DNA of 64,000 nt from Candidatus Eiseniibacteriota bacterium. Its GTDB lineage: Bacteria; Eisenbacteria; RBG-16-71-46; CAZAMP01. Location: contig OZ245046.1 in the NCBI GenBank assembly GCA_965224245.1, positions 4,064,001 to 4,128,000 of the forward strand. Reading direction: 5' to 3'. This document shows positions 59,330-64,000 of the stretch, piece by piece. The position numbers and the translations under genes were made by a program. The notes beneath the pieces were generated by a model, which did no database searches, was not told where the DNA came from, and was given only the letters and a program-made list of their open reading frames with translations. The stretch's first letter is position 1. Each line of letters starts with the position of its first letter.

Positions 59330-62300
59330 TCACGGAAGCCGAATGAGTTTCTCGGAGAGCACGCCCGCGTCGGTCGCAACGCGAGCGAAGTAGATGCCCG
59401 CCGGTGCCGGCAGTCCGTTCGTGACGCCGTCCCATGCCACGGTGTGCGTTCCCGCGCCCCGGGCGGACTCGTCGACGAGCGCGATCTCGCGGCCGGCGAC
59501 GTCCACGATGCTCACCCGGGCAGCGCCGGCGGCAGCGAGCGTGAATGAGATACTGGCGGTGGCGCGCATCGGGTTCGGTCGGATGGCGAGCTGCGGGCGC
59601 GACAGCACCGCTGCGCCGGCGGCGGAGAGCGCTGCGTCGCCGGTCTTGAACGCCACCATCGAAGACACTGCCGGTGCAAGGGCCATCCATCGCGTCCGCG
59701 GCTGAAAAACGTTGTCGTAGCTCAGACGAAGGCGCCATTGATAGGGCGTCTCACCGGTGAGACCGAGGACGTCGACGGCGGTAGGCATCACGCTGCCCGT
59801 CGCGCCGGGGGTGCCCGTGTCCACGAAGGGCTCCTCGTTGATCGGTGCCGTGTCGATGTCGCCGCCATCGGCGACCATCTGCCACTCGACCGATGCCATC
59901 GTGCGACCCATGGCCGAGCGCGCGTCGATGTGAAGCTGCATGCGATCGCCGTCGGGCGTGCGCGCGCCCAGCGGCAGCGGCGTGCCGTCGAAGCGTGTCT
60001 GACGCGGACGCATGCTGAGGCCACCTTCATTGCGGTAGTAGCTGCCGCCGAGGTAGAGGAACAGGCGCCCGGCATCGGTGCTCGTGCCGTCGTACTGTGG
60101 TGCGCCACTGAGCACATCCGAGAATCCGTCGCCGTTGAGATCGCCCACGGTGCAGACCGCGGTGCCCATCCGCGAACCGTCCTGCTCGGTGACCGCCTCG
60201 AACACGGCGGGGGTCGTCGGGCCCGACGGTGAACCCAGGTAGATGCGCGCCATGCCTTGCGACGGGAAGCTGCCGCTGTACTCGTTTGCACCGGCGATGA
60301 TGTCGCTGTATCCGTCTCCGTTGACGTCGCCCGCGGTATCGAGGGAGTAACCGAGGTTCTCGTTGTGCGACTCGCCCTCGATCTGCACGTCGGCGGCACT
60401 ACTGATGCCGGTGGGCGATCCGAAGTGGATCCAGATACGGCCGACCAGCACACCGGCGTCGCCGTTCATGTTGTCGGCGGCATAGATGAAGTCGTCGTAG
60501 CCGTCGCCGTTCACGTCACCCGCGGGCGCGCTGACGCTCATGCCGGTGCCCAGCTGATTCGACGTGAAGATGTGGTCGGGCGTGCTCGACGGCCCGCCGG
60601 CCGAGCCGTAGAAGACGAAGATGCCCCCCTCGGTCGAGTGCGAGTCGGAGTACTTCACGGCTCCCACGGCGATGTCCGCGAAGCCATCGCCGTTGAGATC
60701 GCCGACGCCCTGTACGTCGCCGAACCACGCGTCCTCGATGTTGGATTCGTAGCTCCAGTCCGGCGTCGCCGACGGCCCGGTGGGCGAACCGTAGTACAGA
60801 TAGGCGGCGCCCTCCTGAGTCTGACCGTTCGTGTACCACATGGCACCGACGAGCACGTCGGCATAGCCGTCGCAGTTCACGTCGCCCGCGCCGCTCACGC
60901 TTGCGCCGAACGCACTGGCGCTCTGTGTGCCCACGACCTGCCACGCCGTGGCCGGCGAGATGCCGGTGGGCGAGCCGTAGTGCACGGCAGCGCGGCCAAC
61001 GTCGGCGAGTCCGCCGTCGTAGTAGGGTGCGCCGAAGATGATGTCCTCGTAGCCGTCGCCGTTCACGTCGCCGGCGCCGTCGACGTCCGTTCCGACGAGC
61101 TCGGTGTCCTGGTTGCCGAGGATGGCCGTGGTGAACACGGGAGATCCGGATTCGTCGCCGTGGAAGACGCGCACGATGCCGCGGTATGGGATCCCCACCG
61201 AGTACACGTTCGTTCCCGCGACGAAGTCGCCGAGTCCGTCGCCGTTCACGTCACCGGCGTAGTTGAGTCGACTGCCGACGTTCTCGTTCTCGGCCGAGCC
61301 GTCGATGGTCCACTTCGGCGGGTACGGCACCGGCGCGTCGTGCTGGCCGTAGAAGGCGAACGCGAGGCCCTCGTCGTTCTCGCCGTTGGACTGATCCGGC
61401 GCGCTCACGATGATGTCGCCGAGACCGTCACCGTTGACGTCGCCGAGCGCCGAGACCGCGTTGCCCATGTGGGCGTCCGTTTCGCTTCCGGAGTAGAACC
61501 ATCGCAGAATGGTGTCGGGACCCGTTGGGCCACCGTAGTACATGTAGGCGCGTCCGGCGCCGGCGAGGCCGGTGTTGTAGTTGCGGGCACCGATGAGTAT
61601 CTCGGCATAGCCGTCGCCGTTGACATCTCCGGCCGTTCGGACCGCGTGCCCGAACAGCGCGTCGGCGCGTCCTCCCTCTTGCACCCACGCCGCCGCGGAT
61701 GAGATGCCGGACGCGGAGCCGAGATAGACCCACGCCGCGCCCTCGCCACTCTGTCCGTTGGAGTAGTTGCGACCACCGACGATGACGTCGCAGTAGCCGT
61801 CGCCGTTCACGTCGCCCGCGGTGCCGACCGCGCGCCCGAAGGCGGAAGCGCTCGGGCCGGACAGCGTCCGGTCGGGTGTGGCGGATGGGCCGGATGGCGA
61901 GCCGTGGAAGATGAATGCCGCGCCGCCGGAGCCCACGCCGGGGCCGCCGACGATGACGTCACCGAAGCCGTCACCGTTGACGTCGCCGGCACCGTACACG
62001 GCATGACCGACAGCGTCGTGGGCGACGTCGGTCTCGTAGGTCCAGTTCGGAGTGGGACTCAGTCCACCGAACGAGCCGAAGTAGACGAACGCCTTGCCTT
62101 CCTTCGTTTGACCGTTGGTGAGCTCGTAGGCACCGACGATCACGTCGTCGTACCCGTCGCCGTTTACGTCGCCGGCCCAGCCGACGGACTCGCCGAAGGA
62201 TGAGACCTCCACGTCGCTCTCGACCTGCCAGCTCGGCGTCGCCGCGGGTCCCGACGGGCCGCCGTGATAGACGAAGGCCGCGCCTTCGCCGACCTGGTCG

Positions 62301-62653
62301 TTCGTCCAGCCCCAGCAGCCGACGATGACGTCGTCATAGCCGTCGCCGTTCACGTCACCGGCGGTCGAGCCGCTGATGCCAAACTGGGAGCCGGGGGATC
62401 CGTCGGCCACCTGCCAGTAGACATCGGTGTCGAGCCCGGTCGGTCCCCCGAGAAAGACGTACGCGGTGCCGTCACCGACCCAGGGTGTGGTGACGAGGGC
62501 GTCGCTATAGCCATCCCCGTTCACGTCGCCGGCGGCGCACACGTCGTGGCCGAAGAGCTCGTCGGCGAGGTTGATTTCGCCGATCCAGTCGGGGGTGGAC
62601 GGGAGGCCGGCCACCGCGGGCGTTGCCATGGAGGCGACCAAGAAACGCAACAT
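59330..62653 (-). CDS. Secreted FG-GAP (integrin-alpha-like) repeat protein with FlgD/T9SS-like C-terminal domain
   Basis: 14 GD(V/L)N(G/C)DG repeats. C-terminal RPNP...DVAGR...WDG...AGIYF...KLIRL. Confidence 0.9.
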   Translation of the reverse strand: MLRFLVASMATPAVAGLPSTPDWIGEINLADELFGHDVCAAGDVNGDGYSDALVTTPWVGDGTAYVFLGGPTGLDTDVYWQVADGSPGSQFGISGSTAGDVNGDGYDDVIVGCWGWTNDQVGEGAAFVYHGGPSGPAATPSWQVESDVEVSSFGESVGWAGDVNGDGYDDVIVGAYELTNGQTKEGKAFVYFGSFGGLSPTPNWTYETDVAHDAVGHAVYGAGDVNGDGFGDVIVGGPGVGSGGAAFIFHGSPSGPSATPDRTLSGPSASAFGRAVGTAGDVNGDGYCDVIVGGRNYSNGQSGEGAAWVYLGSASGISSAAAWVQEGGRADALFGHAVRTAGDVNGDGYAEILIGARNYNTGLAGAGRAYMYYGGPTGPDTILRWFYSGSETDAHMGNAVSALGDVNGDGLGDIIVSAPDQSNGENDEGLAFAFYGQHDAPVPYPPKWTIDGSAENENVGSRLNYAGDVNGDGLGDFVAGTNVYSVGIPYRGIVRVFHGDESGSPVFTTAILGNQDTELVGTDVDGAGDVNGDGYEDIIFGAPYYDGGLADVGRAAVHYGSPTGISPATAWQVVGTQSASAFGASVSGAGDVNCDGYADVLVGAMWYTNGQTQEGAAYLYYGSPTGPSATPDWSYESNIEDAWFGDVQGVGDLNGDGFADIAVGAVKYSDSHSTEGGIFVFYGSAGGPSSTPDHIFTSNQLGTGMSVSAPAGDVNGDGYDDFIYAADNMNGDAGVLVGRIWIHFGSPTGISSAADVQIEGESHNENLGYSLDTAGDVNGDGYSDIIAGANEYSGSFPSQGMARIYLGSPSGPTTPAVFEAVTEQDGSRMGTAVCTVGDLNGDGFSDVLSGAPQYDGTSTDAGRLFLYLGGSYYRNEGGLSMRPRQTRFDGTPLPLGARTPDGDRMQLHIDARSAMGRTMASVEWQMVADGGDIDTAPINEEPFVDTGTPGATGSVMPTAVDVLGLTGETPYQWRLRLSYDNVFQPRTRWMALAPAVSSMVAFKTGDAALSAAGAAVLSRPQLAIRPNPMRATASISFTLAAAGAARVSIVDVAGREIALVDESARGAGTHTVAWDGVTNGLPAPAGIYFARVATDAGVLSEKLIRLP

Positions 62654-63099
62654 CAACGTGCTATGTGGCCTGAGTGGGCTCACGGTGATCCTCCGAGTCA
62701 GAGTGGCCAAGTAAGTCGCGTCTGACGGAGAAACACCCTAAGAGGTGAGAACCGCACGGCTCAGAGTCCCAAGACTCGATCGAACCGAAACGGCGTGACT
62801 TGCGGAGGGTCGACGAAGCGTCCTGCCTGGGCTCCCGGTCGAGACGCAAAACGTAACCGGAGATTCTGAACGCCGGTTAGATTGACGGGCGTGGGTGGCC
62901 CCGGAAGCGACGCCAGCGGAACCGATTGCACGAGTTCGAGAAGCGTCCTGACCGAACCCCGCGTAGGACGCAAAACCGTAACCGGAGAGAAGACGGAAGC
63001 GTCCCGAGTGGGGAGCCGGTTCCGAACTCGCGCGATGCCCTGCGACCGGCTGAGTTCAGGGCGCTCTCGTCTTCGTGCATTCAGGGGACGACCAGCAAG

Positions 63100-63645
63100 T
63101 CACTCCCCGTTCGATACGCCCAGCTGCGCCATGAGATCCATCGCGTTCGCAATCCCACGGTGCTCGACGATTCTGCCGTCGACGACTCGGTCGAGATGTA
63201 TGACCGCCAGGCTGATCTTCCGGTGAGTCGGAGCGACCCCCATCAACTCGCCTTCATGAGTGCCCAGATACCTCCCGACCGTGACCACATGGTCGCCATC
63301 GACGAGAACCTGGTCGAAGACGTGACGGCCATCCGGAAAGGCCGAGAGAAACTGCGAGCCGAAGTCCAGGAAACCCTCCCAGTCCATGGACATGTTGCCC
63401 ATGACGTGAGCGGCGAAGTCGGCGCTGATCGAGTGGCCGAACTCCGGAAGCGTGCCCCGGTCGAACTCGCTGTACATCCGAAGAACGAGTTCCTTGTTTC
63501 CGCCCTCGGATGACACGTCCTGGCTCTTGCTCTCGGAGGACAGCGGCCCCACCAGGAGACCACCCACGACCAGCAGGGCCACCGCGATCTGGGTGGTCCG
63601 GAATCCCCTCTGCAACCAACGTCGTTCCGTAATCGCGGATCGCAT
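63100..63645 (-). CDS. SnoaL-like ester cyclase (NTF2 fold) with N-terminal export signal
   Basis: AFPDG, DGDHVV, GTHEGELMGVAPT, DGRIVEH. AAAGGAG RBS. Confidence 0.85.
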   Translation of the reverse strand: MRSAITERRWLQRGFRTTQIAVALLVVGGLLVGPLSSESKSQDVSSEGGNKELVLRMYSEFDRGTLPEFGHSISADFAAHVMGNMSMDWEGFLDFGSQFLSAFPDGRHVFDQVLVDGDHVVTVGRYLGTHEGELMGVAPTHRKISLAVIHLDRVVDGRIVEHRGIANAMDLMAQLGVSNGE

Positions 63646-63712
63646 GATCACTCTCCTTTGCCAGCGAGGTCTTGCGCCGGGTCGGTTCATGGCCGACCCG
63701 AGCGGGTTCTCG

Positions 63713-64000
63713 TCACGACGGCTCCAGTGCAACGCGAACGAGTGCACGGACCGCCCAGCTCTTCACCTTTCTCGCGGTGTCCTCGTCCAGGGGAATCACG
63801 TCACGAAAGACGATCATCGCTTCCGGCCCGATGATCAGCGCCAGGGCCGCCCGGAGCGTCTCGTACTCATCGTCTCGAAGACGGTGACGCGCCGTGGCCA
63901 GGGCGGCGTCGATCAACGGCAGCCGCCGGTTCTGTCTGCCGGGGATCGTCTCGTCCGTCATGTCGCGTCCAATGGAGTTCGCCAGCAGAATCCTCAGCTG
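63713..64000 (-). CDS. Probable TetR/AcrR family regulator, C-terminal part (partial)
   Basis: RQNRR..LI.AAL...LRAALALIIGPEAMIVFRDV...WAVRALV resembles TetR ligand-binding domains. The HTH lies outside the window. Confidence 0.55.
   Translation of the reverse strand, partial: QLRILLANSIGRDMTDETIPGRQNRRLPLIDAALATARHRLRDDEYETLRAALALIIGPEAMIVFRDVIPLDEDTARKVKSWAVRALVRVALEPS

Noticed and set aside
62940-62990. c-di-GMP-I riboswitch (GGACGCAAA resemblance)
   Set aside because: It lacks the upstream GGCAAAC/GAAA elements and lies on the strand opposite the flanking genes. Kept only as an unexplained repeat.
63008-63020. Sixth att-like site (GGGGAGCCG), plus similar 8-9-mers inside CDSs
   Set aside because: It lacks the terminal CCA or falls within coding sequence, and has none of the shared upstream motifs.

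Overview
High-GC bacterial window. Six secreted proteins carry a C-terminal FlgD/T9SS-type-A-like sorting domain, which points to an FCB-related lineage such as Eisenbacteria or Krumholzibacteria (inference only). The first ~18 kb looks like core genome: Mn/Fe ABC permeases plus a DtxR/MntR regulator, three GT4 glycosyltransferases, NRDE, LON-N, a heparinase-like protein, DUF4301, a polysaccharide deacetylase and an SDR threonine dehydrogenase. A serA-DUF3450-exbB-exbB-exbD-tonB operon is separated from a co-directional TPR gene by a 12.5-kb block bounded by a 9-bp direct repeat (CACCGCTCG). That block encodes an unusual signalling set: a STAND-like ATPase-TM-PEGA protein translationally coupled to a kinase-STAND ATPase protein, an NTT/HEAT transporter, an ECF sigma factor with a second kinase, and a large secreted protein with a recent 483-bp duplication. 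From ~40.4 kb the window is an accessory region punctuated by five intergenic tRNA-Asn-3'-end-like sites (GGGGAGCCA). It contains an IS256 inside a kinase gene, two IS3 elements, IS21 and other transposase remnants, a truncated group II intron, a tyrosine recombinase relic and several secreted cargo genes. All calls come from motif reading by eye; no database searches were run.
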